Positions 32,901 through 46,769 of a stretch of DNA of 64,000 bases are shown in pieces (position 1 is the first letter of the stretch; the number at the start of each line of letters is the position of its first letter). The DNA is from Geosiphon pyriformis uo1 (taxonomy: Eukaryota > Fungi > Glomeromycota). The stretch is from assembly GCA_016748015.1 (NCBI GenBank), contig JAAOMT010000328.1, positions 450,955-514,954 of the forward strand, in the 5' to 3' direction. The notes under the pieces were generated by a model. It ran no database searches. It was not told the origin of the DNA and worked only from the letters and a program-made list of their open reading frames with translations. A program made the position numbers and the translations under genes.

Positions 32901-34952
32901 TACTTCACTCTTTGGTCTTCCTCATTTATATTAGGATCAGTGCTTCTAATAATTTTTTGGCAGTGTGGTTTGTATTTTTCTTGGGTGTGAATTGTCCTTG
33001 AGTGGTTATATACACAATTCTTTCCATTTTTGTGGTAGGACTCCTATGTTAACAGTTCTTGGCAAGTCTAAATTTTTTAAGTTTTTTTTGTTTCTTTGGC
33101 ACTATAGCATTGCTTTTATAGAGCAGCTTTGTTGTAAAGATGATTCTGTTTTTAATTAAAAGACTTTCAAGCATTAGAAAAAGTTGAATCCACATGACCT
33201 ATTTCTGAATGTTTTAGGTGTTCTGTCAGCTTTTTTAATGGTATGACTTCTTTTCCCATTCACTTGGCTTCTTTGGGTGCTTTTGGATTTTTGAATGTTT
33301 TAAAGACTGGTAAATTCAGGCTTGTATGTAAGTATTTGTTGGATGTCATGAATGACAGTTTTTTTGTCTATACTAATAGATTTTTAAAAAACTTGAGAAA
33401 TGTGGATGTCAGAACTGGTACAGTTATTTATTTTGAGAATATTAACCTGGGTTTGGGAGTTAGGGTTTTAGGTCTGATGTCTTTTACTTTGGCAGAATTG
33501 CAGACTATTGTGCTGGTTCTAAAGTTTGTTTCTTTTTCTAGCTCAGTTTATCTTTTTACTGACAGTCAAACTGCTTTGGATGCATATACATTCTGATTTT
33601 CAGAATTGGTGTTGGGTTGAACATCAGTACATAGTGAACATTGTTTGGAAAAAAAACTTAAATATTAGTTGGCAGAAGGTGAAAAGACATTTGAATGTGT
33701 CAAGTAATGTGCAAGCAGATGTGCTGACTGATGTGGCTTCTCTCTTTTTTTGGTGTCTTTCATCCTAGTTGGATGAACATTACATTANNNNNNNNNNNNN
33801 NNNNNNNTACTTTGGCAGAATTGCAGACTATTGTGCTGGTTCTAAAGTTTGTTTCTTTTTCTAGCTCAGTTTATCTTTTTACTGACAGTCAAACTGCTTT
33901 GGATGCATATACATTCTGATTTTCAGAATTGGTGTTGGGTTGAACATCAGTACATAGTGAACATTGTTTGGAAAAAAAACTTAAATATTAGTTGGCAGAA
34001 GGTGAAAAGACATTTGAATGTGTCAAGTAATGTGCAAGCAGATGTGCTGACTGATGTGGCTTCTCTCTTTTTTTGGTGTCTTTCATCCTAGTTGGATGAA
34101 CATTACATTATGGCTAATAGTGAAATTGTTTTTGGCAATTCTAAGCATTTTGTTTGTGGAATTTTTCGGTCCATTTATTGTGTACATTGGGAAGTTGGTT
34201 TTGGTTCTAGAGTTCTGGATAGTAGTTTGTTGTCAGATGTCAATTGGCCTAGTTCATTTTTAGTGTGGCATCCTAATTTACATATGGCTGCTGGTTTCAC
34301 TAATAAGTCAACTGCTGGTGCTCATATGTATTTTATGAAGACTTTATACTGTCGGCTGCCAGTTGCTGTTTGGAAATGCCTGTATAACAGATGTTATCCC
34401 AATATGTTGTGTCTGTATTATGGTAATATTGAGATCTCAGATCATGTTTTTTCCTGTAAAGTTAATAATTTTGTTTACTGTCAATTGTTGGATACTCATG
34501 TGACTGCTTAGGACATGCTTTTTGGTCTTCTTTATTCTTCTTCATATGTGTTTCAGTTGCTATCCTTCTGTGTTTTAAATATGGCAGTGTATACAGCTTT
34601 TTGCAAAGATTTTGTCTTTAATGATTGGCTACAAAAAGCTGTGTTTGTCTTTGGGAATTCAAAGATTGCAGGTCAGAAGATAGTGGGCTTTGTGCATGAT
34701 TTCTGCTTTGCTTTTAGAGATAAGGTTTGAGCTGTTTATATAAAACATTATGCATTCATAAAAAAAAATGAACTAATATTACATGATAGTTCAGTTTCAA
34801 TCTTGGTCTCTGGGCTGCTTTTAGTGTTTTCTGCTGGTGTGGTTAGATTGTTTGGTATTGTTAAAGTATTTGGTATTAGCTTTGAGTTTTGTAAATTCTG
34901 CTTGTTTTTTTTGAGTATTGGGGATTCTATTTCTGTTTATATAAGTGTATAG
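29964..34952 (+). pseudogene. LINE ORF2: AP endonuclease, RT, RNase H, C-terminal Zn knuckle
   Basis: IATCNV, TETKL, GDFNE; DMKKAYNSV, LDQG, FVDDT; AELQ, FTDSQ; CLYYGNIEISDHVFSC. Confidence 0.9.
33485..34110. other. Assembly gap (N 33788-33807) with duplicated flank
   Basis: 33485-33787 appears identical to 33808-34110 (offset 323). Confidence 0.92.
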
Positions 34953-35084
34953 CATTGTTCTAATCAGTTTGAGTGGCTGGTCACATATAGAAAATGCATG
35001 ATTCACACCTAGTTTAGATTAATTACTTGATGTATTGTACTAGACAGTATTTGGACTTTGCTCATTAAATGTTAATAAAAAAAA

Positions 35085-35990
35085 TATATACTTAAAAGCT
35101 AAAATAATAATTTGTAATTTAATTAATATTAATAATACTAAACCAAAAACTTAAAAATTTATGTTTATTCTTAAATTGTTAAAAAAAACCAAAATATTAC
35201 TTGTAATATTAAATAAATTCAAATCTTTTAAAAAATTATTTATATAAATAATATTTAAATCTGCTTTTATTAAACTTAAATTGTAAATATTTTGATAATT
35301 AATATTTTAAATAACAAAAAAATTAATTGTACATAAATTATTTATCTAAAAATAATTAATAATAATTTTAAACTAATAAAACATAAAATTTCTTGATTTT
35401 AATTTTTTTTAATAATAAAATATTTTTTAATTAAAAATATAATTATATTTAATAATAAGTTAATTATTAAATATTATATCAAACTTTTTCAAAAAATTAA
35501 TTATATTATAATGTAATAAAGTATTTAAAATATTTAATATAAGAATATTACTTATTAAACAAAATGCAATAGACAAATTTTTATGAAAAAAACATTGTAA
35601 TTTTTATTAATTTGATTAAAAAATTGTTTATTAAGTTGATTTTTAACTTAACAAAAAATTATAATAAGTTTTTTAAAGTCTAATTTACAATTTACAAATT
35701 CAAAAACTAATAATTAAACAAATAATTAATAATATTTAAAGTATTTAAAAAAGCCAATAATTTTATTTTTGGCTTATATCTGTTTAAAAACTTTAAATTA
35801 TATAAAAAAAAGTAATATAAAATCTTAATTAAAAATTTTTTAATAAATTAATCTTAAATTTTAAGTTTTTTTTAATTATAATATTTTAATTATAATATAT
35901 ACTTTTAGAAATAAAGCTAAAATTAAAACCTATAACTAATAATAAATTATAAAACAAAAAATACTAAATACAGAAACTGTTTATTCAAAA
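35085..35990. other. Extremely AT-rich non-coding DNA
   Basis: Very few G/C; no ORFs in the track. Confidence 0.8.
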
Positions 35991-36137
35991 TTTTTTTTTT
36001 AAATTTTTTTTTTCTTATTGTTTTACAAGTGAGATCCAAACATTACCTAGTACTATACATCAAAGAAATGACCTAAACTAGGCATGAATTATGCATTTTC
36101 CACATGTGACCAGCCATTCGAGCCAATCAGAACAACA

Positions 36138-39100
36138 CTACACAATTATGTAAACCAAAACTGAGTTACCTATGTCTAAAAAAAATAAACATAATTTGTG
36201 AAAGCCAAAATGAACACCAAAAGCATCAGCAATGCCAAGCAATTTGACCACCCCAGCCAACAACCCTGAAGCCAAACCAGCAACTGAAACAAAAACCAAA
36301 TCATCAAGAGGAATTAACTTATTTTTTTTTATGTAAATACAATGTTTAGCATGAACTGACCAGACATCACTTCTAAAAGCAAGACTAAGAGAGCACACAA
36401 ATTTGACAATTTCCAAACCAGCAACCTTGGAATTGTGAAAAATGGTAACTGTTTCACAAAACCAATCATTAAAAACAAAACCCTTATAAAGTGTTATGGA
36501 CAAAAAGAAGTCAAAAACACACAAAGACAATAGTTGTAGTATACCCAAAAACAAATAGGAATAACCAGAAACTGCTTTCCAGGAGTCTATATAAAATTTC
36601 AACAACTGACTCCGAATGGAATTATCAATCTTACAAGAGAACACATGATCTAAAGCTTCCATATTGCCACAATATAAGCATAACACACTAGGATATGACC
36701 TATTATAAAGGCACTTCTGAATAGCAACTGACAACTGGTAATGCAAAGCCTTCATGAAATAAGTGTGTGTGTTAGCCGAAGATCTGCTGGTAAAACCAGC
36801 AGTCATGTGCAAGTCAGGATGCCATACCAAAGATAAACAGTGCCAGTCAACTTCAAAATGCAAACTGCTCACCAAAAATCTGAAACCAGAACCAACCTCT
36901 CAGTGTGCACGACAAACCAAACAATAAACATCATGGACAAAATGTCTGGAATTGCCAAAAACCACATCACCATCAGCCATTATAAAGTGTTTACCCAAGC
37001 AAGAAAGAAGATACCAATTATAGAGAGAAGTGTTACTAACAATCGCATCAGTGCACTCATTTCCTGAAACATCAAAGTGGCTTTTAACTTTATGCCAGCT
37101 GACCTTCAAATTCTTACTGTGAATAACATTGGTAATATGATGACATTCAATCCAACACTAATTACAAAAGTTGGGATACACCAGACCCAATTCTGACTTA
37201 CAAGCATCCAGAGCAGATTGACTATCTGAAAACAAATTAACAGAGCACAGAAGGGAGACACACTTTAGAGCCAGTGCTATAGCCTGCAACTCTGCCAAAG
37301 TGGATGACATCAAGCCTAACACACCAACACCCAAACCCAAATCAATGTTCTCAAAAAAGGTGGCAGCACCAGCTTTACAGCCAACTGAGCCCAGATTACT
37401 AAGAGACTCATCTGTATATACTGACAAACTATTAGCACCAACCTGTAAGAGATGATTACAAACAGAAACAAAATTCTGAGATTCAAGAATGTTCAAAAAA
37501 CTGACACTATTCAAAACTGAAAGGCAAGTGGAAGATAGACTTCTACCATTTAGAAACACAACAGAAAGCTCAAACCATTTAGAAACAGAACCATGGAAGT
37601 CTAATCTCTTCCAATGCTTGAAAGTATACCAGTCAAAGACAGAACCATGATAATCATGAAGTTGATCCACAAAAGCAATACCATACTGTTGAAGAGAAAA
37701 GAAAAACCTACAAAACTGTGACTTGTCCAGAACAACAGACATAAGAACCCCACTACAAAACAGAAAGAAATTGGCCAAAGAGCCACCCAGGAACAAATTG
37801 CAATCAAGAAGAATGCATACTATGCCTGCCAGAAAATTATCAAAGGCACTGACATGAATATGCACAGGAGAATTTAAAAGATGAACAAGATGCCAGCACA
37901 AAACTTGCAAGTCATGAGACCTGTGAGAAAACAAATGACCCAAGATGCCACTAGAATTCACAAAACTAATGAGAGAGGCCACCTTGTTTTTAGACTGAAT
38001 CTGAATAAAAGACTTCAAACCATAAAAAGAAGAGTGATGGATTGTATTACTAGGAAAATTAAGAGGTAGGCCGGCTTTGAACTTCAAGCCCTTATGAATC
38101 AAAGCATCCCACTTGTTGCACATACTAATGAGAACAAAGCTGAACTGTGTTCTATAACTAACTATAGAATGAAAGACTGCTAATACCAAATATAAGAACT
38201 GCTTATCTAAGACAGCTTTTCTCAAGACCAGATTGGTAAAAAAACCAATGTCCAAATTTGTCTTCACCAAACTAGGCTTTGACAGACCTTCAGTTAATAG
38301 AAAAATACCCAAATATTAATGAGATTCACCCTTTTTGGCAATAAAGATTGGTGAGCCACTAATAGAAAGAGAAGAAATGCTGATTCTGCTATTGATGAGA
38401 ATGGCCACTGTTTTGTTGTTATTGATAGAAATATCATTTATCCGAAAAAGTTCACTTGCAACGTTAAGAATATGTTGAATAGCAGCCTGATTACAGCCAA
38501 CTCAAATTGTATCATTAATAAAAGCACCAGCAGCAAAAAAAGAAGAGAGCCCAGCCCTGGACTCAGCATGATTATTCCTTGAAATAAAATGAGAACTTAA
38601 CTTATAATTACACATGCTTTCCTGTCTCTTGACTTTACATAGCAAAGGATCATAAAATATATACCACAAAAGAGGAGAGAAGATTTCCCCTTGATCCAAA
38701 CTATCATGTACACAATAACCATCTGACAACCCAAAATCTGTTATTACTCTGTTGGTACAATCTCTATGAAGACCACTGAAAAACCAAATGAACCTGCCAT
38801 ATATCTTGATCCTGACCAAACTTTTCTTAAGATGTTCCCAGCCAACTGAATCATATGCTTTCTGCATATCTTGCAAAACCAGCCAGAGCTCTTGATTCTT
38901 TTCTAATGTATCCTCAACCACTGAACCAACTGCAAAAATAGGAGACTGAGTTGTCATGCCTTTCAAAACTGAAAAATTGTCTCCACAAAAAATGCTAAAA
39001 GTGCTGCATGCCAAAGAAATTCTATCAGAGAGTATCTTGGAAAGAATTTTACGAGCCGTTTCAATCAATGCAATAGGGTGGGTATTCATGAAAACACTCT

Positions 39101-40826
39101 TCCATTCATATGGTTTAGGAATCATCAAAACCCAAGCTTCTTTTCAAGATCTGAGCACCAATTCACAAGAAAGACACAAGTTCAAAAGTACCAAAAGCAT
39201 ATCCAAAATTGACTTGTTACAATGTTTCCAAAGCTTATTTGTGATATCTAAAAGACCAGCAGCTTTACCATCAGACAGAACAGAAACCACATTAAGCAGC
39301 TCACTAAACTCAACTGGATGTATTATACCAGAAAAGGCCTCATTAAAAACATAATCCAATGGCCAATATTAATGAAACCAAACATCAGAGACATCAGCAA
39401 CCACACCACATTTCCTGGTCCATTCTTTTATAATAATGTCCACCTTAGATTTAACTGAGCCAGGCTCTAAGATAAGTTTGTCATTAACAACTAGATGGTC
39501 CAGAACCACTTTGTGGAAAGGGAACTCCAGAACACTTTTAATAGTATGACCCTTATTTGTCTCGAAGCTTTCCATTCTCCTATCTATAACAGATTTAATG
39601 TTTGCTTCCTTAGCTGCCAGGGATTCAACAAGCTTGGATGCATGATATGACTTCCTAATGCCAAAGAAAGCAGAATAAACACGATTAGAGTCTGCATCAA
39701 AGTCTATGAAATCCTGAACAACTGAGACTTTGACACTGTCCAAAGAGTCTCAGTACTTTATAAGAGAGATAAAACTGACACCACTTTTCTCACGAGAGGC
39801 CTTGATAATTTTTGAAACCAAAAGTTCTAATCTGTAAAACTTTGAAAAAACTTTGGTAAACACACTGTCAAAATTCTTGAACCACTTCTTTTTAAATATT
39901 TCATTTGCCGAAAGCATCATTATCTTGTATAAAACATCTCACATGGTATTCAGGTCTGAGTGCTTAGCAGCAGTATCAAACTTATTAAAGAACATCCTAG
40001 CATTGGCTAACATGGCATTTTTAAAACTTTTCCACTTGTTGACATCAGCATCTTTAAAATCAAACTTCCACTGATCCTTATTTACTTGCTTGTAAAAAGA
40101 GTTCAACCACATATCTAAAAGTTCATCCAAACTCACAGACACAGAAACAGCCCAATAATCAGTATTAAAGAATTTCCCAACACCACTCACATTGTGATCC
40201 ACTACAGCATTAATCAAGTTTGAGGAGATGAACAAAAAGTCAATTGTTTTAGTTACACCACAAGAGTTGGTCCAAGTAGAAGTCTTAACAAAAGAACTTC
40301 TACCAAAGGAGTTAACCAAACCAAAATCAAGACATTTTTTGAAACTGACACATTTATGAAAACCATTTTCATTGAAATTGCCACCTAGAACAACAAAAAA
40401 AGATTCATTTGCAGCCTTGGCAATCATAGAGTTAATTTCACCAGCTTGAGAGAACTGAACTAACAAAGAAACATTAACATAAAACCCCAAAATTAAAACA
40501 AAAAGTTTGTTTTTGAAAAGTAGCTTAACAGAAAAGAGCTAACCAGAAACCTCAGAAATTTTACACACATGACAAGCCAGAGAAGTGTCCATAATAATGG
40601 TGATACCAGAACCTAAGTTATCAGAGTTTACACCAGAAGTAAAGACTCGAACACCATCAAACCTATTAGCAATCTATGAACAAACCTTACTCCATAACTT
40701 GGTTTTAGTAATAATTAAAATCAAATTGCCCATATCCTTGTGCCAATAAACAATATCCTCCTGTTTTGCAAAATTATTCATACCCCAAACATTGTAAGTA
40801 GCAATTTTCTAAACCAGACCAATCAT
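36138..40826 (-). pseudogene. L2 ORF2: AP endonuclease, RT, RNase H, Zn knuckle
   Basis: GGNFNE, TIDFLF; LQDMQKAYDSV, FINDT; VYTDES, AELQAI, FSDSQ, GNECTD; CLYCGNMEALDHVFSC. Confidence 0.92.
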
Positions 40827-42778
40827 TGAGATAGAGGGGGAGCTAACAAACCCAAACCAGAACACAAAAAGTCCAATCTCTCCAAAACCAAATTGACCAA
40901 AACTTCTAAAGCCAACATCTTTGATTTCAAACCACCTATCTTAGTGGTAAGCATCTTTGAACTGCTTAGACTCAGATCAGGGGCAGTTTTATTGACCAAC
41001 GGAAAAGAAGAAGAAGAGGGCACCACTATATTATCAACAGCCATATTCAAATCCAAAACTGAATCCAAGAGAGAAGCAACAAGAGAGGAGGGAGCACAAG
41101 GCAGCAATGATATCGACACCAAATTTACAAGGCTCAATTTTTTTAAAATATTTGAAACCTGATCCAACAAAAGCTCCAAGGAGTGCTCTAAAGAAGCCAG
41201 ACATTTGGCTAAACCAGAATTATCAAGAGGGTTGAAAGTTATTACCAAGGGTTTTGTACTTAAAAGCGAACTGGCACCAGAGAGAACTAATAAAAACATA
41301 TGAAAAAGAGAACCACCTGCAACTTAAGCCCAAGATTTTTCACCAAAAAATACTGGGCAAGCAACCAAAGTCTGCTTTTTCTTATAAATATTAGCCAAAC
41401 AGACCTGATCTTGGGAAGACATCACTCTCTTATGACAAACTCCAGAATTCCCACCAACTGAACACACATTAGAAATATGACCAAATTGTTTACACTTGGC
41501 ACAGCAAGCCAAAGAAAGACCAGTCCAGCACAAAGCCACACCTCTATAAACCAAAACAAAACCAATAGCAGCCAATTTGGATGCCTCATTATCAAAACAG
41601 ATCATTGCACATCTATTATGAGCATATGAACCAGAATTACGGCCAATAAAACAAGTTTTTCTATTATAAGAATTTACTAAATCCAACAAATCATAGACAG
41701 TAGTACCAACTGGAAGTGTGTACAACAAAGTCCGATAATAATCTCTGGCCATTTATGATTCCTTGTTATTTAATGCCAATACAACACAAACAGAATCCTT
41801 ATCCACGAAAACTGACCATTTGAAAGCAACTGAGCTAACTACATCTGATAACTCAAATTCCACTAATGCTTTTTGCCATAGCCTAATCAGTTGCATCCTA
41901 ATCAAAATTACCTGACCAAATTTAGAGAACACTGATTCAATTGCTGATCTGGGAAGATCCACTGGGATCTTCTTGACTATCACTTCCCAATCTGAGCAGC
42001 TGTTTGGTTTCTTAACATTAATATTTACCAGAATTTTTTTACTGATTACCATTTTCCTGGCCTTGATCAAACTTAACTCAGAAGTAAAAAAAGATCTAAT
42101 AATGTCTGGGAGTTTTGAAAGAGCAGATGTGTTCCCAAAACTGTCAACCCAATAAAAAAATTTTTTCACAGCAATCAACTTGTTACTGATAGTTTTGCTA
42201 AGCAAGACAGAAATTCTAATATCCAATGTGAATGACTTAACAAGATCAAAAATACATTTATCTGATGCATATAACCTGACAGATTGCAATTCTTTAAAGC
42301 CTGCAAATTTAGGAGAGAGAAGAATTGCCATATTATTATTATCACTTAAAATATCAAATGAAGAAGTCTTTGGAAGTTGATCTAACACATATGTGTGAGT
42401 GTGTGTTTTCCTGGGAGTTGTGTCATTCTCCATGTCATTAACCATAGAAGCATCTGAGTCAGCATAACTAGTTTCTTCAGTGACAGTATTTTTCATGTTC
42501 TCTAAGTCTGACAGGCCACTTACACTACTTGTTTTGCTTTCCATTTCACTGTCCTAAGATTTTGAAAACTTACTATTAGCATCACTAATATCGGCCAGGC
42601 CCAGCAGACCAGTAGACAAATCAATTACTTCAATGCTGACTTTGGGATTCTTAAGCTTCTTGTAAGATGCATTACAAGAGTACACATTATTAATCCTCTT
42701 TTTTTTTGCATCAGACTGGGTTCTCAAACCAGCAAAAATAGATTCAGAGCTACCAGCAACAGGACTTGCTAGTTTTAT
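40823..42778 (-). pseudogene. L2 ORF1 (RRM-like, CCHC knuckle, coiled coil)
   Basis: ORFs 42554, 41753, 41324, 40823 in one frame; CAKCKQFGHISNVC; start inferred. Confidence 0.82.
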
Positions 42779-42925
42779 GTTCACAAATAAAAGTACGTCT
42801 AAAAAAATAGTTGAAAATATAAAAGGAAAAGAAAGTAAAAAAAAACTTTTTCTTTGACAATATCCCGCTCTCATTATGACTGGGAGATTAACAAGAGAAA
42901 GATTTTTTAATATGTTTATTTAAAA

Positions 42926-44250
42926 TTATATTGGTAAAAATCTTAATATTAAAATAGATTTTGGTCAAATTAAGCTTAAATAAGCTTTTTATTAATAAAA
43001 AATATCCAAATATTTATGTAATACTTTTTTATTATTTTGATTTATATTTTAAATCTAAAAAATTTGATTTATTAATTAATAAATATAAATATAATTTTGT
43101 TATTATTAATTTTAAAAAACTTATTTATAATATTTAAAATACTTTAAATTATGATCTTGATTATTATTAATCTAAATAGTATTATTAACAAAAGCATTAA
43201 AAGCCAAATAAAATATTAAGTTGACTTAAATTTTAATTTTACTTATTTTGATCACAAATTTAATATTAATTTAATAACTATACAAAGTTTATGCTTTTTG
43301 ATTTTATATAAAAAAGATTATAAAAATTTTTTTATAGTAAAAACAAGAATATTTTTTTTAATTTAGATTATTACGTATCTTGTAGCTATTTATTAAACCA
43401 AAATCTGTTATTAAATACTTAATTTTATTATTATAAATAAAAAATTGTTAAATCGACTTATCTGTAATATGTAATACTAATTTTAGTATTTATTTATTAG
43501 TAATTCTAATAAATATTAGTTTAATTAAAATAAAAAATAACTTTTTTTTATATAAAATTGAATATAGATTATATATTTAATTTTTTATTATGTCTTAGCT
43601 AATTTATAGTGTTTTATAATTAAAAAATACTTCATTATAAACAATTATAATATTTATTAATATTTTTTTATATATAATTAAATATAAAACTATAATGTAA
43701 ATAATATTACTTTATTATCCAAATAGAAAAAACAAATCTAAAAGATATTGAATAAATGTGATTAGAAAACATAATAACATAGAAAAATATAATAACACAA
43801 AATAATACAGAATAATATATTATAACTTAAGATAATATGAAATAACACAAAATAACTAGTCATAATATATAATAACTAGTTACAATGTAAAAAAAATAAA
43901 GCAATAACAGAAATAGTAAGTAATAGCTAATAATAACAAGCAATCAAAAAGCAATCTTATAAAACTAAAAATATGTATAAAAACAAGTAGTTTTAATAGT
44001 AAAAAAAGACAAAAAAAATTGTCAAATAGAAAACATATCTTTTATTCATATCTATTAGATTTATTTTATCTATATATCTATATTATCTTAAATAAAAAAA
44101 ATATTTAAAACCAAAAATTACTTATCCATGATTTATAAATCTTATGTTTAAATTGACTTACTTATTTTCTTACTTTTATTTCTAGTCAAATATTTTTAGT
44201 ATAAAATATTTCAAACAAATAATAATTTGGATTAATTATTTTGATTACAG
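42926..44250. other. Extremely AT-rich non-coding DNA
   Basis: No ORFs; degenerate ~10-bp AATAAC-type repeats at ~43770-43890. Confidence 0.75.
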
Positions 44251-45081
44251 TATTACTCATAAAAAAAAAACAGATATAGAAAATAGCAGACCAATAAGAG
44301 AATAATATTTAGCACATGAGCACATTGCTCAGTAATGTGGAGCAATGTCAGAAAACATGGCACATTGTTCAGCAATGTGGAGCAATACTAGAAAATTAGA
44401 GCACATTGCTTAAGAAATTATAGCACATTGCTCGGAAATGTAAGTAATCTCATAGAATATCAATTATGTATATATAGCAGTAGCATTAGAAGTAAAAAAA
44501 GCAGAATCTTTTAGTTAGAAATCTTCTATCCACAAATATTAAATAAATAAATCATTTATTATTCAAATTCACTCTCCACTATCAACATTTCATGTTAATA
44601 GTAATTGATACTTAACTATACTGGAACAATAGCTTTTGATTACAGCTATTGACAAGATACTAACTTGCACATTGTCATGGCTCATTTCTTTATTTTCTTT
44701 TATTTTTCATTCTTTTTTTGATTTTTCTTGTTGAATACTAACGAATTAAGAATTAAAGTGCTGAGTTATTGACATCACAGATAGCCTGATAAAAGACCCA
44801 GAAATAAGGGTAGAATTATATATATATTATCAGATAGCTTACCAGAAGGGCATGAATGCCAGAATAAATCCAGTTACCAAGCTGAGAAAAAAATTGGGAA
44901 ACAACTTACCAGAAAACTGCAAATAATATCAACAAATAATCTCTGTCTATTATACAAAAGACTCAACTCTAAAACCTTCAGATACAACCAACATATCAGT
45001 ATCACCAGCATTGTCAAGATATTGAGCACTAAGTTATGAATTTGTTATTTGATTTGAGACCCCAAATAATCATCTGTAACA
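44251..45081 (+). repeat. 5' LTR of B2
   Basis: TATTACTC...CTGTAACA followed by TT and TGGTGCTCCCTGTAAGGT. Confidence 0.9.
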
Positions 45082-45277
45082 TTTGGTGCTCCCTGTAAGG
45101 TATAATCTTACAGAGAACCAGCATCATCAACAATCATCCAAAAGTGGCAGAATCAGAAATCATAAGGACAAATCATTTAAGATTCACCAAATCCTTATTT
45201 TAACAGTACAATCAACAATTAGGATTGAACAATAATTATTTCCCAGCAGAATTAGCCTTTAACTTCTACATTAACAA

Positions 45278-46104
45278 TGTTACAGATGATTATTTGGGGT
45301 CTTAATTCAAATAACAAATCCATAACTTGGTGCTCAATATCTTGACAATGTTAGTGATATTGATACGTTGGTTGTATCTGAAAATTTTAGAGTTGAGTCT
45401 TTTGTATAATGGACAAAGATCCTTTAAGGTTGATGGTAGTTGTATTCTCAAGTTGTTTTCCCAATTTCTTTCTCAGCTTGGTGGCTGGATTTATTCTGGC
45501 ATTTGTGCCCTTCTGATAAGCTATCTAATAATATATATATAATTCTATCCTTATTTCTGGGTCTTTTACCAGGCTATCCATGATGTCAATAACTCAGTGC
45601 TTTAATCCTTAATCTGTTAGTATTCAACAAGAAAAATCAAAGAAAAAAAGAAAAATAAAAGAAAATAAAGAAATGAGCCAAGGCAATATGCAAGTTAGTA
45701 TCTCGTCAATAGCCATAATTAAGAGCTATTGTTCCAGCATAGTTAAGTATCAATTACTATTAACATAAAGTGTTGATAATGGAGAGTGAATTTGAATAAT
45801 AAATGATTTATTTATTTAATATTTGTGGATGGAAGATTTCTAACTAAAAGATTCTGCTTTTTCTACTTCTAATACTACTGCTATATATACATAATTGATG
45901 TTCTACGAGATCACTCACATTTCTAAGCAATGCTTACATTGCTGAGTGATATGCTTTAATTTTCTAATATTGCTCCACATTGCTGAGCAATATGCCATGT
46001 TTTCTGACATTGCTCTATATTGCTAAGCAATGTGCTCACATGCTAAATACTATTCTCTTATTGGTCTGCTATTTTTTATAACTGTTTTCTTTTTATGAGT
46101 AAAA
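45278..46104 (-). repeat. 3' LTR of B3
   Basis: Adjacent to degenerate PPT at 46105-46119. Confidence 0.9.
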
Positions 46105-46117
46105 TTATTTCCTTCTT

Positions 46118-46751
46118 TTAATATTGAGCTCCATTAAAATCTTTGTTTTGAATTAATTCTAATACTTTCTTTTCAAGTATTGTTTGTTCAACTCTGTTCT
46201 TTATGTCTTCTACATGTGTATTGTTTATTATTTTTTATTGGTTAATGGTTATGGTTTCTATGTCAGAGTGTAACAGTATTTCTGGATAGTTCTGAAATAT
46301 GTTGTGCAGTCAATAAATTGTTCTCACATGTAGTGTTAAGTTCGTCTTTTTCCCAATAAATTTTTCAATTTGCTGTATTATGTTTTGGTTAAATACTCTC
46401 TTAGATTTGTCAATATACAACTCTTGAATATTCAACTTTCGACCTAACTGGTAGTAACAGTATGATATTGAAAGTTGTTCTGTTCATTGCTTCCAATTCT
46501 CTTTTGTAAGTTCTTCTGTTGGTACCATAATAAGTATTTTTCCAAGTGTTCTTTACTTTTTCTATTATGTTATCTAACCAGTTTTTATTATTCTTTGGTA
46601 ACTACTGATATGGTGTATTCTTTGTCTTTCTTTTGGTGTTTTGATAGCAAATTGTTTGGTTGTTAATAATAATTTCCATGTCTAAAGGTTGTTGACTTAA
46701 GGCCTGGAATAATTGTTGAGCTATAGCGTGAATATAATCTGGTATTTCCAT
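46118..46751 (-). pseudogene. B3 ORF3
   Basis: MEIPDYIHAIAQQLFQ...YCYYQLGRKLNIQELY...; small frameshifts. Confidence 0.72.
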
Positions 46752-46769
46752 TTTTTTTGATTGCCTTTG

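Larger units (their letters stand above)
28591..35084 (+). mobile_element. Non-LTR retrotransposon L1 (APE-RT-RNase H), 5' part missing
   Basis: ORF1 remnant, ORF2 domains, 3' UTR and AATAAAAAAAA tail; homologous to 35991-42912. Confidence 0.9.
35991..42912 (-). mobile_element. Full-length non-LTR retrotransposon L2 (APE-RT-RNase H)
   Basis: Poly(T) at 35991-36013; candidate TSD TGTTTATT(C/T)AAAA at 35978-35990 and 42913-42925; ORF1 and ORF2. Confidence 0.9.

Noticed and set aside
33485-34110. Apparent duplicated LINE RNase H segment
   Set aside because: Same artefact around the second 20-N gap
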